NCBI GenBank assembly: GCA_946965045.2
Contig: OX337232.1
Coordinates: 3,596,001 to 3,660,000 of the forward strand
Origin: Epithemia pelagica
Taxonomy: Eukaryota; Protista; Bacillariophyta
Reading direction: 5' to 3'
Length of the DNA stretch: 64,000 bases
In this document: positions 12,501-23,478 of the stretch, piece by piece
How positions within the stretch are numbered: position 1 is the first letter of the stretch
Layout of the letters: each line of letters begins with the position of its first letter
Translations under genes and position numbers: made by a program
Notes under the pieces: generated by a model
What the model saw: only the letters and a program-made list of their open reading frames with translations
Database searches by the model: none
What the model was told of the DNA's origin: nothing

Positions 12501-15363
12501 ACCACCAGGAACAGGACCGTTCGAGCAACCCCCACAAGCGCAATCCGCAGCATGGCAAGCTGTTCCAGGTCCATTCCAGCAATCACCCCATCCGGCTCAG
12601 TCCACAACAGGTCCATTCCAACCACCAGCTCCACCACAAGGTCCGGCGTGGAATGCGCCAGCCAATGGATACGACAACACGGTTGGTACGGCAACCAGTC
12701 CAACCATGAGTGCTAGTACCATCCAACAGCCACTCCCTCTTCGACGGAAACGACGTCGTCGTCAAGTTTCCGAGAGTCCGCCCGAATCCCTCTGGAGTGT
12801 CCCCAATGGACGGAAACGGCCCGATGCGCCATTGCGACAACAACAAGTAGCGCAACCACAGGTTCCACAACAAGAGCCTCCCGTGTCGCAGTGGCCCATG
12901 GCTACCCCGCCCGAGGTGATTCAAACTCCCGGTAGCGCGTTCATGCCCAATGAGCCAAGCTACCGACACGACAACAGGGTCAATGGCGTTGATTCGCAAC
13001 AAGCTAGACACTCGCACGACTTTGGCGCTTCCTCGTCGAACGATAGTCCAGTACGCAATATGGGTGGTGGTGCATATGGTTCCGTTGATCCAATTCAACA
13101 CTATGAGGAAAGTTACGATGATGATGATGATGACGAGGAAGAAGATGCACAAGAGGCGTCCCAGGACAGGAGAGCCAATTACAATCCATGGATGCCACAC
13201 AAACCAGCGTTTGTTACGGTTCCGCCCATGGAAAAGAACAAAAAGAATTCGGAGCAGCAGCAAGATCCGAAACGACGAGCCCCATCTGCAACCGCGGCTT
13301 CCAAGAAAACCCAGGATGTGGCCTCTTCGGCACCCGCCACAAAGAAACCCAAAATGATGATGATGATGATGAATAAGAATCAAATGAAACAACCATCGAA
13401 TCAGTCGGAGAAACAAATCTCGATTGAATCAGAGTTGGAAACGGAGAGAAGCGATGATGCCAAGCAGCACTCTTCGGTATCGACTGCTTTGGATCCTAAA
13501 CCGCTTCAAACCACGACAAAGGCGGAAGAAGATCGCAACAGCAAGAAAGTCGGTGAGAGTGACCCATCAGACAAGGAGACCAAGATGGAAGAAGCCGTGG
13601 CTTCTACTTGGTCTGCTCCCTGGTGGTCGACCACGCCGTTTGGTGACCTTCTAAACTCGGACAAATCCAAGGGACAAGTTGGATTCCCCAACTTTTTTGG
13701 TGGTACAGATGACCAAAAGCAAAATGCCCTGGACGATACCAAAGTTAATGAAGACACTTTGATTGAACCACAGGAGGCTCTCAACGAAAAGGAACGAGAC
13801 AGCTCCAAAGATGCAACCACACCCAGTATTCCTGTGAGTCCTCTTCCTGAGACTGCTTCTACCGAGTCCAAAGACGAAACCGCTGTGACGAATCAAGTTT
13901 TGGTGGAGGATAAACCTCCCTCTGTTGCATCTGAAAATCACAAAACCACCAACAACCACAAACAGCATCCTCCCGACGAACAGCCACAGGCTGTTGGTTC
14001 CGGGGATGCTTTGTTGGATGATTCTGTGAAAGACGAGACCTCTGTTTCTCCGCCCTCCGCAGCGGCCAAACAACGATCGTATTTCCACCCTGATCCAGAA
14101 CGAGACCACCAGGATCAAGCAGTGGCCAAGGCAGTCGCAGACGTTGTGTCGGGTCGGTCCAATATGACTCAAGCACCCGAAACCAAGAATGATTTGTCCG
14201 ATTCCGATTGGAATCGAACGACCGATATGGGTTCCACAAATACCAAGGTTGCGGATCCAGTTCAGGAGCCTCAAACAGTTTTGGCATCTTCCAAGAGCGC
14301 ACTCGATGCTCTGTTGGATTCTTCAAAAAAGGAGGCGGAGTCGCCTGCCGAGTTGCTTTCCAATGCTAGGCAAAGGGTAAAAATGCAACGGAGTCTACAA
14401 GAGGACGATACGACAGTCCAGATACATGCGGAATCATCCGTATCCCAAAGTGACATGAATTCCGTTTCGGAAGCTCATCAGATGGATCCACCGATCGCGG
14501 CATCGACTCCGTGGTCACCCGCGCAATCGGCGTCGGCCTTGCAAAAGGAACTCTTTGAAAGCTTGGGAACCGCACAAAACCATCGACAGGGCACCAGTCG
14601 ATTCATGACAGCGACGCATATTGGCACCAACGCCGAAACTGTACCGGGAAAACGTTCTTCCTTTGGCAGGTTCTTGGGAAAGACGGGGCACACCTTTCAT
14701 CGACCTTCTGGATTCAAGAGAGCTACAGATGATGATGGTGATGATGGAACGCACTCTGTGACAGAGACAGAACCAGTTGCATCCAGTGACGACGCATCGA
14801 ATGACCCGTTCATGTTTCGGAAATCCAAGTCGGAGCCATCGTTGCATGCGCGACCGGCCTTGGACGAGTATGAGTACGAGGAAAAGGGTGGCGATTCGGC
14901 GTCCTTTGTGGTACCCTTTCCGCCTTCCTCCAAGTCGGAGCGCAACAGACGGGCGGAACCTCCGTACAACGACGACGACGACGATAACGCTGTCACAGTG
15001 GTGGCCTCGTGGAAACGAAACGATTTGAACAACCATCGATTGTGGTCCGACTCGGAAAAGGAGGGTGGAGTTCGTGTCTTGTTACGATCCCTCTTGTCCC
15101 TTGTGGGACATCGATTGCGATCCCTGGCACTCTTGACGGTGGTATGGAGTCGATGGAGTCGTACCAACTTGCGACCAACACTCTCTCCTGGAGCAGGAGA
15201 GGAAACGACAATTTCGGGGTTTAGTACGAGTCGTCACCACTGGAAACGACGGGGTGCTCTGGGAAGCACCGCGCTTCGACTGGGATCTTCTCCTCCCAAC
15301 AACAACAAGAACCACAAGAAGAAAAAGTTTCATGGCTTTCGACATCCACCACGATCGCCCTAG
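9568..15363 (+). CDS. Very large low-complexity Thr/Pro/Gln-rich protein with an N-terminal hydrophobic signal (mucin-like, or possibly plastid-targeted)
   Basis: 5.9-kb stop-free ORF. The likely start is ATG 9568 (MTERRKRKRRIALAVQGLPLLVVSFLLSLVPLATS-W). Internal repeats present; no recognisable folded domain. Confidence 0.7.
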   Translation: MTERRKRKRRIALAVQGLPLLVVSFLLSLVPLATSWTTSLQQPWRTVSTIEYNRRILQQQQHPPHSVAPRRPFSIQSAVTTTPEKPPVDPHKQQQQQQQHEQQAPNPNGSGGTTTTLLPTSPLEAAAAAAGSTAVSDPNQETDDEDNEDNDDSPSGLHHFFRSRRNGRAKRRTIRVQQYWKSNPLSEGNKEEQPEKSGVSPPVSTSNHHHHKDNHTMVTEWTLMQPPGNEGTTTGTTPTTNPMWSSSSSWNGACFASRDTTHNPTPPSTTTAKIPPLVNATLLVDDPVPPTSTQTTTTPPSTTTTTVPHPTNHNHNNKGESATTDDPASTTTTAQIPPLVNATLLVDDPLPPTSTQTTTTPTTTTTVPHPTNHDHKNNGESATTDDPASSTTTAQIPPLVNATLLVDPLPTTKTTTTTTTTGGHHHHDNTNRHKEAGPGQPPQPQQQQSQPPGVTLRSSTVASSTPPTLTKEEEEEDQPSPPSAGVGGTSQEQEQEQQQQHLPNQQPVGETLEPAPPEPESKPLMTPPPRAGQPPMAETLSEPPHNKERSQPSFFEEATRVSHETNVPPPHAKEEEEEEARASLAEEPTTTTTPVDLLQQAMQQALQQQQPQEVPLAQPPAPITAIPATTPPQASQDTENDNDEDWMVAASETLASAAAQTWAAATAVFQNHTATVWNSWADQVQNATTTTASTEPSSFQGSFVPLATPASPDIVPPSEAPAPLPAPPSSTTTTQQQQAPDGVVTEPPAPSPPLQVPGAVEPSPVLQQEQSPPLQVPGAVEPYAQQQPQPQAESTPLQVPGPFPQQPVQPAESSSLPPPQPPQQQQQVSSPFHQQQQSPQQQQQVPGAYHPIDAPSAPLHAPPAGPFQQPPPQQQAQSPHPPGVVPGGVAQPPPPQGPGSFQQFQGPPPVFQTPPPQPQVQVPGSFSQFQPQAPGAYQPAPPSEISPRQGTSPFPQSPPVPPQGPVGQPTYPQAQSVPPPGTGPFEQPPQAQSAAWQAVPGPFQQSPHPAQSTTGPFQPPAPPQGPAWNAPANGYDNTVGTATSPTMSASTIQQPLPLRRKRRRRQVSESPPESLWSVPNGRKRPDAPLRQQQVAQPQVPQQEPPVSQWPMATPPEVIQTPGSAFMPNEPSYRHDNRVNGVDSQQARHSHDFGASSSNDSPVRNMGGGAYGSVDPIQHYEESYDDDDDDEEEDAQEASQDRRANYNPWMPHKPAFVTVPPMEKNKKNSEQQQDPKRRAPSATAASKKTQDVASSAPATKKPKMMMMMMNKNQMKQPSNQSEKQISIESELETERSDDAKQHSSVSTALDPKPLQTTTKAEEDRNSKKVGESDPSDKETKMEEAVASTWSAPWWSTTPFGDLLNSDKSKGQVGFPNFFGGTDDQKQNALDDTKVNEDTLIEPQEALNEKERDSSKDATTPSIPVSPLPETASTESKDETAVTNQVLVEDKPPSVASENHKTTNNHKQHPPDEQPQAVGSGDALLDDSVKDETSVSPPSAAAKQRSYFHPDPERDHQDQAVAKAVADVVSGRSNMTQAPETKNDLSDSDWNRTTDMGSTNTKVADPVQEPQTVLASSKSALDALLDSSKKEAESPAELLSNARQRVKMQRSLQEDDTTVQIHAESSVSQSDMNSVSEAHQMDPPIAASTPWSPAQSASALQKELFESLGTAQNHRQGTSRFMTATHIGTNAETVPGKRSSFGRFLGKTGHTFHRPSGFKRATDDDGDDGTHSVTETEPVASSDDASNDPFMFRKSKSEPSLHARPALDEYEYEEKGGDSASFVVPFPPSSKSERNRRAEPPYNDDDDDNAVTVVASWKRNDLNNHRLWSDSEKEGGVRVLLRSLLSLVGHRLRSLALLTVVWSRWSRTNLRPTLSPGAGEETTISGFSTSRHHWKRRGALGSTALRLGSSPPNNNKNHKKKKFHGFRHPPRSP
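10375..10830 (+). repeat. Three ~180-nt coding tandem repeats (TTA[K/Q]IPPLVNATLLVD...)
   Basis: The block cctcccttggtcaatgccaccttgttggt recurs at about 10393, 10576 and 10756. Confidence 0.9.
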
Positions 15364-16300
15364 CTATAGAGGTACACGATCCATTCTTTTGTATTGTTGG
15401 TGCACACTCGGGGAGATTCCCGGCGTTGGGGATGCTGCCGACTACAGTAGATCCAAGTGCCCCGAATCTCTCGGTTCTGACGCACCCAAGGAATACAGAG
15501 AGGACAAGCGGTTGCAACGTTTGCGGAAACACTCGGTGACTGGCAGTCACTCGAGAACATCAACATCCGTGTCCATCACGAACACAACAGGCTACATTTC
15601 AATATTTGGGGACTTTTATATATACAATATATGCATTCAAACCGGGGAATCATGGACAGCATGATGTTTGTAACTTGTCCAATACGAATGGTACGAATGG
15701 CACAATCCAGCGAACATGTACTGGGAGGAATATCCATGGCTCCAACTCACTCGGACTGTTTGTTGTTTCCTCTACAGGACTGTAGAATAAGAAGAATAGA
15801 GAATTCTGTTTTGGAACAGACAGAGAGTGTTTCTATTAGCCAAGTTGGAATGGGACGATTCAAGAATCTCTAGGACGAGCAATAGTGTGGAGCGTTTGTC
15901 TCCGAATGGCGCATAGAATATGGAGCCCACCAGGAATACTCGTACACACATAGTCGGTCGGTCGGCGTCGGCGTGGGTCTCATGGGAGTGCCCCCGCGCG
16001 CATTGCGTGCCAGTATGTCTACCGCGCCGGGGGACATGAATCCGCGATTTAAAATTCTAGAGCCTCCCGAGTACGAACAGGTTCGAAGTTCGAACTCGCC
16101 TGTTCCTCCATGTCCATGTTGTGATGTCACTTGACGGCATGGGCATGGCACGAATCGACCATCGACTACAGCCTGTAGCAAACGAAGAAGAAGAAGAGGA
16201 GGAGGAAACTTTGCGAATGCATAAAAAGAGTGCCTGGTGCATCCACTCAACAAACAACCGAATACCAACAGTTTCTCCGTATTGCGTTCCGTGAACCATC

Positions 16301-16885
16301 ATGTCGACCATTTTCTTGCTGCTACAAGACGTTTTGCTCTTGGTGTCCACCTTGCTATGTACGACTTGCTTTGGCTTTGTTCTCATTTTTGCCATTGTCA
16401 TTATGCCGGGCCTGGCCAAGCTTGAGAATGGTCCGTTTTTGCACGCCTTTAAAGTCATTGATGGAGTCATTCAAAACAGTCAACCCATTTTCGTCGTTGT
16501 CTGGCTTGGTTCCATCTTGTCCCTTGTCGTATTGGCCTTGACCACCATCCTTTCGTGGCTGATCATGGGGAGCGACGATGATTTGTCCAGGACCGAGGTC
16601 CTTTTGATTCTGATTGCCACTGTTTCGTACTTGACGGGCCAATACACCACCTTTACCATCAACATTCCTCTCAACAATCGCATCCAATCGCTGAATATTG
16701 ACTTGACGGATGACTTGTCACGATCGTTGGAACGAGATCATTTTGAAACCCGTTGGAATGTGGCCAATGAAATTCGAACCGTCCTCTTTGGTGTGGCCTC
16801 GCTCCTCTTGTTGATTACCCTCGTGTTCCATGACCCCTCGTCTTCTTCCTTTTCCAATCCATTGTCCTGGTTTGGAGTATGGTAA
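16301..16885 (+). CDS. DUF1772 (anthrone oxygenase-like) 4-TM membrane protein
   Basis: FAIVIMPGL...FLHAFKVIDGVIQNSQPIF...TFTINIPLNN...FETRWN...RT pattern; intronless. Confidence 0.8.
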   Translation: MSTIFLLLQDVLLLVSTLLCTTCFGFVLIFAIVIMPGLAKLENGPFLHAFKVIDGVIQNSQPIFVVVWLGSILSLVVLALTTILSWLIMGSDDDLSRTEVLLILIATVSYLTGQYTTFTINIPLNNRIQSLNIDLTDDLSRSLERDHFETRWNVANEIRTVLFGVASLLLLITLVFHDPSSSSFSNPLSWFGVW

Positions 16886-17036
16886 AAAATGACGAACTCT
16901 GACTTGGAGACGTAGCCTAAGAGAAGGAACTAGAAACTACTCACTTGCAACATGATTTCTTGGCGTAAAACGACGATGACGACGACACGTGAGTGGATCT
17001 CCTTGCGATTTCAAGCCAAAGAACAAATCTCCAGTG

Positions 17037-17064
<28 letters not shown>
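17037..17064. repeat. (CT)n microsatellite
   Basis: About 14 CT units, read directly. Confidence 0.95.
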
Positions 17065-17068
<4 letters not shown>

Positions 17069-17665
17069 CGATCTCTCTCTCTGGAATGTGTTGATCCTGC
17101 GGTGAGACTGGGGGCAAGTACAACCTATTACTACACATATTCTGGTCCCTTGTACCAAGCATACCACAAGGACTTGTGTGTATGGCTGGTCGTCGCACAA
17201 ACTCTCCCACCAAGAACGAAACGCCAAACGTCCACCGAGTTGTTCATTTGGGGACCGATTCTCGGAGCTTCTTTACCACCGAACACTAGTGTGGCGATTC
17301 ATGTCAACGTTTGGCAGAATCCAATAAGGCTTCCAATTCATCCACATGACTGCTGCCTGCCTGGGCAGCTTCGGAGGAGCAGCATGACACTAGTCGAGAG
17401 AGATCATGCAGCTTTCCCCGTGGCATTTTGAACACCAAAGAAGAAGAAAACAGGATGGTTGTGGAGGGAATGTTCTCATTCCTTTTTTGGAGAGGAGAGG
17501 ATCGTCCCCGAATGGTGCGACTGAATGATTTGCTTCCGCGAGCGAACCGTGGCGAACCTTTGTGTGGCCCGACGTCGATTTGGTGTCGATTTCATTTCGG
17601 TCTCACAAAATCAAATCATTCGAGACGAAGAGTCCCATCGTTTCAAAACACTGGATCAAATCATC

Positions 17666-18765
17666 ATGGCTCGTTCGGCTTCTACTTCTTCTTCGTCGAC
17701 TCCTCCTCCCTTTGTGACGGCCAAGGAGTGGTTTCAACAAGGTCAACGTGTCTTGTACAATGCCCAAACCAAGACCATGGTTTCGTCTGCCACCTCCTCG
17801 ACACCCAAGAATCATGACATTTATTCCGTCTTTGAACGGGTCGTTCCACCCACCAGCAAGTCGCCGTCGTCCTCGTCGTCTAGGAAAGGATCCTCCCCAC
17901 AACGGGGGGTCACCTTTTTGCCGGGCTTTCCGGATGGTTCCTACGGATGGTCCAAGGTCAATGCCTTGCTCCAAGACGACACATCATGGTCACGTCTCTT
18001 TGTGGAATATGTCGGTCAAGGCGATTCGGACAAACCCAGTCGTCGCGAGTATACGTACAGTACCATGGAACGTGCCGATCTGGTGCAAGCCCAATGGGCG
18101 GCCCATGGCATTACGAATACAGTCGTGGTGACCTTTGATTATTCCTCCCTCGTGCTGATGGAATTGTTGCAACGTCAACGTCGTGCGCAGGACCGCCACG
18201 AATCGGTTCGTACACGGATCCAACACGTTTTGATTGTGAATGGTGGATTGTTTGCCGATGGCCATTCGCATCCCATTACCACCACGCCCTTGTTGCAAAC
18301 ATGGATGGGACGTGTAGCTTGTTGGATGGCACAACGCTCCTCCCTTGTCTTGAAGTTCATGATTCGTCCCCTCTTTTCAACGACTATGGCGTCACGGACC
18401 AGGAACTGCACGAAATCGGTGAGGCAATTACCGGCCACAAAATTGGTGCCATGTTTCTCTGCAATGCCGCTGGCTTTGTCACAGAACACAAGCGTTTTTA
18501 TGCCAATCGCTGGAATTTGCAAGCCGTCTTGGACAATCGCCAACAGACCTACGACACCATTCTGCCCCACACGGTCCATGTGGTGGGCAGTGAACAGGAT
18601 CCCTTTGAACCCAAGCAATTGGTCTTGGCACGACAACGTCTGGGCGACCAAGTTCAAATCACGCTTCTTCCGGGAGGTCACATGATCACGTCGGAGCAGG
18701 CGGACAAACTGGCACACATGGTCGATGCCATGCTCCAAGTGGACGACCAGACAAGCCAAGACTAA
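17666..18765 (+). CDS. MEST/epoxide-hydrolase-like alpha/beta hydrolase with one frameshift near 18375 (pseudogene or assembly indel)
   Basis: FLPGFPDGSYGW oxyanion motif, TFDYSS nucleophile elbow and NGGLF in one frame. HVVGSEQDPF and LPGGHM (catalytic His) lie in the -1 frame (ORF 18301-18765). Confidence 0.8.
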
Positions 18766-18986
18766 ACAACCGCAAGAGAGGTAAGAGTTCTGGGTTGATT
18801 GTGTGTCAAAACAACGCAGACTGGAAAGGGCAAACTGATATTCCACTTGGCTGTAGTTCGTTTGGCTCCACACACAAAGCCTATTCGTTTCAGACTCTAA
18901 TATATATCTACTCTATAAAAGAGGGAAAGATCTGTTGAAACAGGAGGTATAGATCCTCGATAGCGAGTTGCGAGAAGTCGCTACTC

Positions 18987-19208
18987 CTAGGTAACATAGC
19001 GAAACAAAAAAAAAAAAACAAATCGACCAAAGAATAGTTGATCCCAGCCAACTGAGGCCTGACGGGCAATGAGGGGCTGATACAGAGTGGGAACTTGGGG
19101 AAAGACAATTGGAGAATCGCCGAGCCATAGAAGAAGAGCTTCGTGGAGGATGGATTGAAGGTTAGGGTCGAAACAATGCTCAGTCCAAAAATGGATCCTA
19201 GGTAGCAT
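18987..19208 (-). mobile_element. Probable relic of a non-LTR retrotransposon C-terminal region
   Basis: ORF fragment ends in Q-x2-VGWDQLFFGR, resembling the Q..IGW..F..GR motif of LINE-type ORF2 tails. Surrounding frames are broken. Confidence 0.4.
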
Positions 19209-19540
19209 AGCGGTGTACAGAAGCGATTATCGGTCGCGGTGGCATTTGAAAAACAACGTCGGTCGCGGTGGGATTTGAACAAACAAACGTCCAACGTCCA
19301 GCAACGCACAGGATTTGTTTTGAATCATCTATGCATTGGTTGTATACTGGAGATTGGCTGCGAGCGTGGGATGCCGATGCCGGCTTTCGAAATGTTTAAT
19401 TCGGGTGGTCGGGACTGGAAAGATCAGTCCCGGTCCTTGGGGACATTGGGGAGAAAGAATGCGAATCCAACGGTCATAGTCATTTACCCATTACCTCTGT
19501 ACTTGGAAGGCGGATCCAAGCTACGTAGTTTCAAAGCTTA

Positions 19541-20247
19541 GGGGGTATATTATCGGGCGCGCGGAGCATGTGCGGAGCATGATATGGGCGGAGAAAGGCC
19601 AAACCAACCCGGATATAGAGCTTTCCTCCGCAAAATTTACATGCGGAGGAAGAGTGCGGGTGGAGCATGGTTGGAAGCAAAATCACGCGCCCACACACCA
19701 CACACTCAATGCGTCGAACAGTCGAAGTCTTCCGATGATGGATTTGTCATGGACAAAAGCGATGACAGAGTCTATCTAGGCACTAGTATTGTAGACAAGT
19801 ACATATAGTCGGCCAACTGTTGCTGCCTTGCTCTTTAGGAGTCTTTTCCATCCTCATGGTGGAGGTTGTGTTTCCATAGAGGAAATTGACGTGTCTTTCC
19901 CACATGAGCTCGTAGGGCCAACAGAACAACAGGTGAAATATCCAATGGATACTCTAAATGATAAGTAGTCTATAAAGGGAATGATTATTGTGTCCGGAAA
20001 CCACCCCTTTGCTTGCCATCGTCTTCCCAAAGTTGCTCTTCTCCTTCCTTTTCGATTCCATACTTAAGGCGACCCATACGCGTTTCCGTGACGGTCGAGG
20101 ATTTTGAGCGCGCGCGCCACGCATGCTCCGCATCTCTGCATCCGCCCACCGATAATATAGACGCGCGGAGCATGCATCGTGGAGCATGCATTGCTCCCGC
20201 CATATCCATGCTCCGCCCATGCTCCGCGCGCCCGATAACATACCCCC
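19541..20247. mobile_element. PIF/Harbinger-type (Tourist-like) MITE, 707 bp
   Basis: 41-bp TIRs (GGGGGTATATTATCGGGCGCGCGGAGCATG..., 2 mismatches). TTA duplication on both sides (19538-40, 20248-50). Subterminal GGAGCATG repeats. Confidence 0.9.
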
Positions 20248-20392
20248 TTAGTCTTTTGTTTGAATTGGAACTTGCTTTCGTTACGACACGAATAAGTGAA
20301 CGAAGTTGGTCCATAAATTCGCACGACAAACCAACAGAAGAGCCACATAATCGTTGCAAAATCGTGTTATTACATACTAAAAAGTCCTGACA

Positions 20393-21763
20393 ATGATGAG
20401 GCGTTTCTTTGGTGGGAGGTCTTCATGGGTTGTGGTTGTGGGGGCCAGCCTGATTTTTGCCTCTTTTTTTCTTCCTTTCCAGCAATATCAATCTCTCCGT
20501 GTCTTGAATCCACTCTTTGATGAGTGGTACACCATGGATGGCCACCAAGCCCTGGCAGTAGAATCCACAACTCCCAACGACAGCAGCAGGATTGCGGAGG
20601 AAACAACAACAACAACAATGCCAACACCATCTCCATCCAAACCACCACCTCCTCCTCCTCTCGCCGTCTGTACCACGGCAGACATGGAGATTTTGAAGCG
20701 TCAACTCCCTCCACCTCGCAGTCATTGTAGGGCCACCAACTGTCCTCATACATCGTATTGGTTGGATTCGTACCTTCTTGGTGCTCCTCCTCCGGATAAG
20801 GAAGAAGCAAAACAACAAGAAGCAGAAGAAGGAGCCAGTCGTCACTCGGCCATTTTTGTGGGCTGCAACAAGGGACTGGATGCCATGAACTCGCTCCGAC
20901 TCTTGTCACGCAACACTCGGTACGACCGCACCACATGGAACACGGCCATGATGCAGCAAGTCACGAACCAAACCAACAAGGAGAGTGGTGTTACGTCGAT
21001 CAATCCGGGAGCTTGCGGACAAGAAAGATCCAAAGGAAAGAATGACCCCTTGTGGAATGCCCTTTCTGTTCCTCGTCCTGCCCTTGTTCATTGCATTGAA
21101 GCCATGCCAATTACGGCAAAATTGTTGCAGGCAACGGCACAGTCTCTCCACATCCAAGACTCGTTTCCAGTGACCAATGTTGCCATGTCCAATGCGGATG
21201 GAGCCGTCTTTTTCCCCAACCATGATTCGAGGGCAGGAATTGAAAATCAGGGCATTTTTAACTGCGACAAGTACAATCTACAGCCTCATCTCTATGAAAA
21301 TGACAAGAACAAGACGCCTTGTACACCGATCCGCATGCAAAGTCTGGATACCTTTGTCCAAGAGCACTATGGAGATGATACTAGTAACAGTCGCATTGAC
21401 TTTGTGAGTATTGATGTGGAAGGGTTTGATCGCAACGTCCTCCTGGGTGCCACCAAGTCATTGCACCGCATTGGCTATTTGGAATTTGAATATCATCAAG
21501 TGGGAGCCTGGAAAAAGCCCGAAGCCAACTTGAGTTCGGTTGTTACGTGGTTGCACAACGATTTTGGCTTTGTGTGTTATTGGGCCGGCAACAATGGCCG
21601 TGTCTGGCGTCTGACGGACGACTGCTGGCAAGCGCATTACAATAATCGGTGTTGGTCCAATGTCGCGTGTGTCAATCGGTACGATCCAGAATCGCACTCT
21701 CTATTGGCCCGCATGGAAGAATTGTTTGCGGCCACTCTCAGAAAAGGAAGGAATCAAAAGTGA
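20393..21763 (+). CDS. FkbM-family (Methyltransf_21) SAM methyltransferase with N-terminal membrane anchor
   Basis: IFVGCNKG, VHCIEAMP, NVAMSN, IDFVSIDVEGFD..VL.GA, LEFEYH motifs; hydrophobic N-terminus and Pro-rich stem. Confidence 0.85.
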   Translation: MMRRFFGGRSSWVVVVGASLIFASFFLPFQQYQSLRVLNPLFDEWYTMDGHQALAVESTTPNDSSRIAEETTTTTMPTPSPSKPPPPPPLAVCTTADMEILKRQLPPPRSHCRATNCPHTSYWLDSYLLGAPPPDKEEAKQQEAEEGASRHSAIFVGCNKGLDAMNSLRLLSRNTRYDRTTWNTAMMQQVTNQTNKESGVTSINPGACGQERSKGKNDPLWNALSVPRPALVHCIEAMPITAKLLQATAQSLHIQDSFPVTNVAMSNADGAVFFPNHDSRAGIENQGIFNCDKYNLQPHLYENDKNKTPCTPIRMQSLDTFVQEHYGDDTSNSRIDFVSIDVEGFDRNVLLGATKSLHRIGYLEFEYHQVGAWKKPEANLSSVVTWLHNDFGFVCYWAGNNGRVWRLTDDCWQAHYNNRCWSNVACVNRYDPESHSLLARMEELFAATLRKGRNQK

Positions 21764-22917
21764 AACCAATTGAGAATCTACAACATCTAGATAGTAGGTA
21801 GCGAATGGTTACTAGAAAAGCATTTATTCTTGTGTTTCTCCCTGGTTTCTGTGGCAGCTCTGGCATGGTGCTAGGTAGCTAGTCTATTAGCGGCGGTTTG
21901 TGAATGCAGTCCCATTGGATCCTCATGTGTCGAATGCACACAAGAATGCGGCACCAACTACTACTCATTGTGCCGGAACGGGCGTCTTAGCGTGAACATG
22001 TGTTTCGATCCTCTCTGGGACTCAAAACACGTCCCGATTCGTCGACTGCGTCCTCCTACTTCGGCCGTTGCAAGCGCGCCAGGTCCGCGGAACAAAACTC
22101 CTCCACAGAATGATCCATTTCATGCAAGTGGGTGCCTCCTTCGCCAGCTGCTGCAGCATTTCATGCAAGTGGGTGCCTCCTTCACCGGCAGTAGCAGCAG
22201 GAGCACCTGTCGTTGGTCTCTTGATGATGCTGGCAAAGGCAAAGGAATCTCGTACCTTGGCACCCACGCAACGAAGAACGGTTTTGTGCATCGAAAGAAT
22301 CAAGTTTGTGCAGCAAGGCTACGAAAACCACGTTGCTTTGCAATACCATCAAGGGTACTTTCAATCCATGGAGCACGACTGTAGAGACTGTGCACGGGCC
22401 GTTTCGGCTCTCGGCCATGGCCGGTTCTCCTCCTCCGGCGTGTGAAGGAGTGGGAGTAGGATCATCTTGGTTCCGTCACTTCTTGACAGAACGAAACCAC
22501 CACATGTCCAATTCTTTGAAAGCGGCAGCTCGAGACACATTTCTTCGTTGTGAGACATGTCCAATTGTTGTGCCATTGTCTTAATTGTAATGGTCCTTCC
22601 TCCTTATCTTCTTCTTCTTTGGGATACTAGTCTTGATCTTTGCTCGAAGATCGTTGTCGATTCTTCTTCAAGTAGTTAGGTCCCACATTCCTTTGGTTTG
22701 TCGCATTCGATTGGCTTGCTGCTTGGCCCATATGGGTTGTGTCGTCGTGACATTGTGTTGGATCTGCAAATCCACACCAAGTCTTCTGGAGTCATTCGAA
22801 TCAATTCTTTTCAGAAACAATACACATCATCATCATTATCATCATCAATATCATCATCATCAACTACTCCTGCTTCTAGTTTCGCTGTCATCTAATTCGA
22901 AGTAGCCTGTTCCCATC

Positions 22918-23478
22918 ATGTCGAGCGTGGAATACCGAGATTTTCAAGACTTTATTCTGCTCCTTTCGACCTTTTTGTGCACCTCGTGCTTTGGCATGGT
23001 CCTGATATTTTCCATTGTCATTATGCCGGGACTGTCTCATCTCGACGATGGACTCTATTTACAAGTCTTTCAAGCCATTGACGGTATCATTCAAAAGGGT
23101 CAACCCCTATTTGGCTTGTTTTGGCTCGGATCCATTGTCTTGTTGCTTACCTTGGCCGTTGGAATGATTATCCTGACCACCACCAAGGACGATTATGACG
23201 ACAAGCGGGATATTACCAGATTGATTCTGGTACTGGTTGCCACGGGTGCCTATCTCATTGGTCAATTTACCACCTTTACCATTAATATTCCCCTCAACAA
23301 TCGAGTCCAAACCTTGGAGGACCTGGAAAGCATGGATGGACCCACGCAACGGTTGGAACGAGACAATTTTGAGCTTCGTTGGAATGGGGCCAATCGCATA
23401 CGAACCATCTTGTTTGGAATCTCCTCGTTATTGTTGCAATTTACCCTCCTCCTGCACGAACCACCATCGTGGTTTTAA
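22918..23478 (+). CDS. DUF1772 membrane protein, paralog of 16301-16885
   Basis: Colinear similarity: FSIVIMPGL, IDGIIQKGQPLF, TTFTINIPLNNR, FELRWN.ANRIRT. Confidence 0.8.
   Translation: MSSVEYRDFQDFILLLSTFLCTSCFGMVLIFSIVIMPGLSHLDDGLYLQVFQAIDGIIQKGQPLFGLFWLGSIVLLLTLAVGMIILTTTKDDYDDKRDITRLILVLVATGAYLIGQFTTFTINIPLNNRVQTLEDLESMDGPTQRLERDNFELRWNGANRIRTILFGISSLLLQFTLLLHEPPSWF

Noticed and set aside
22116-22183. 27-bp direct repeat with a 41-nt period
   Set aside because: Only two copies, with no ORF or element context; simple local duplication.
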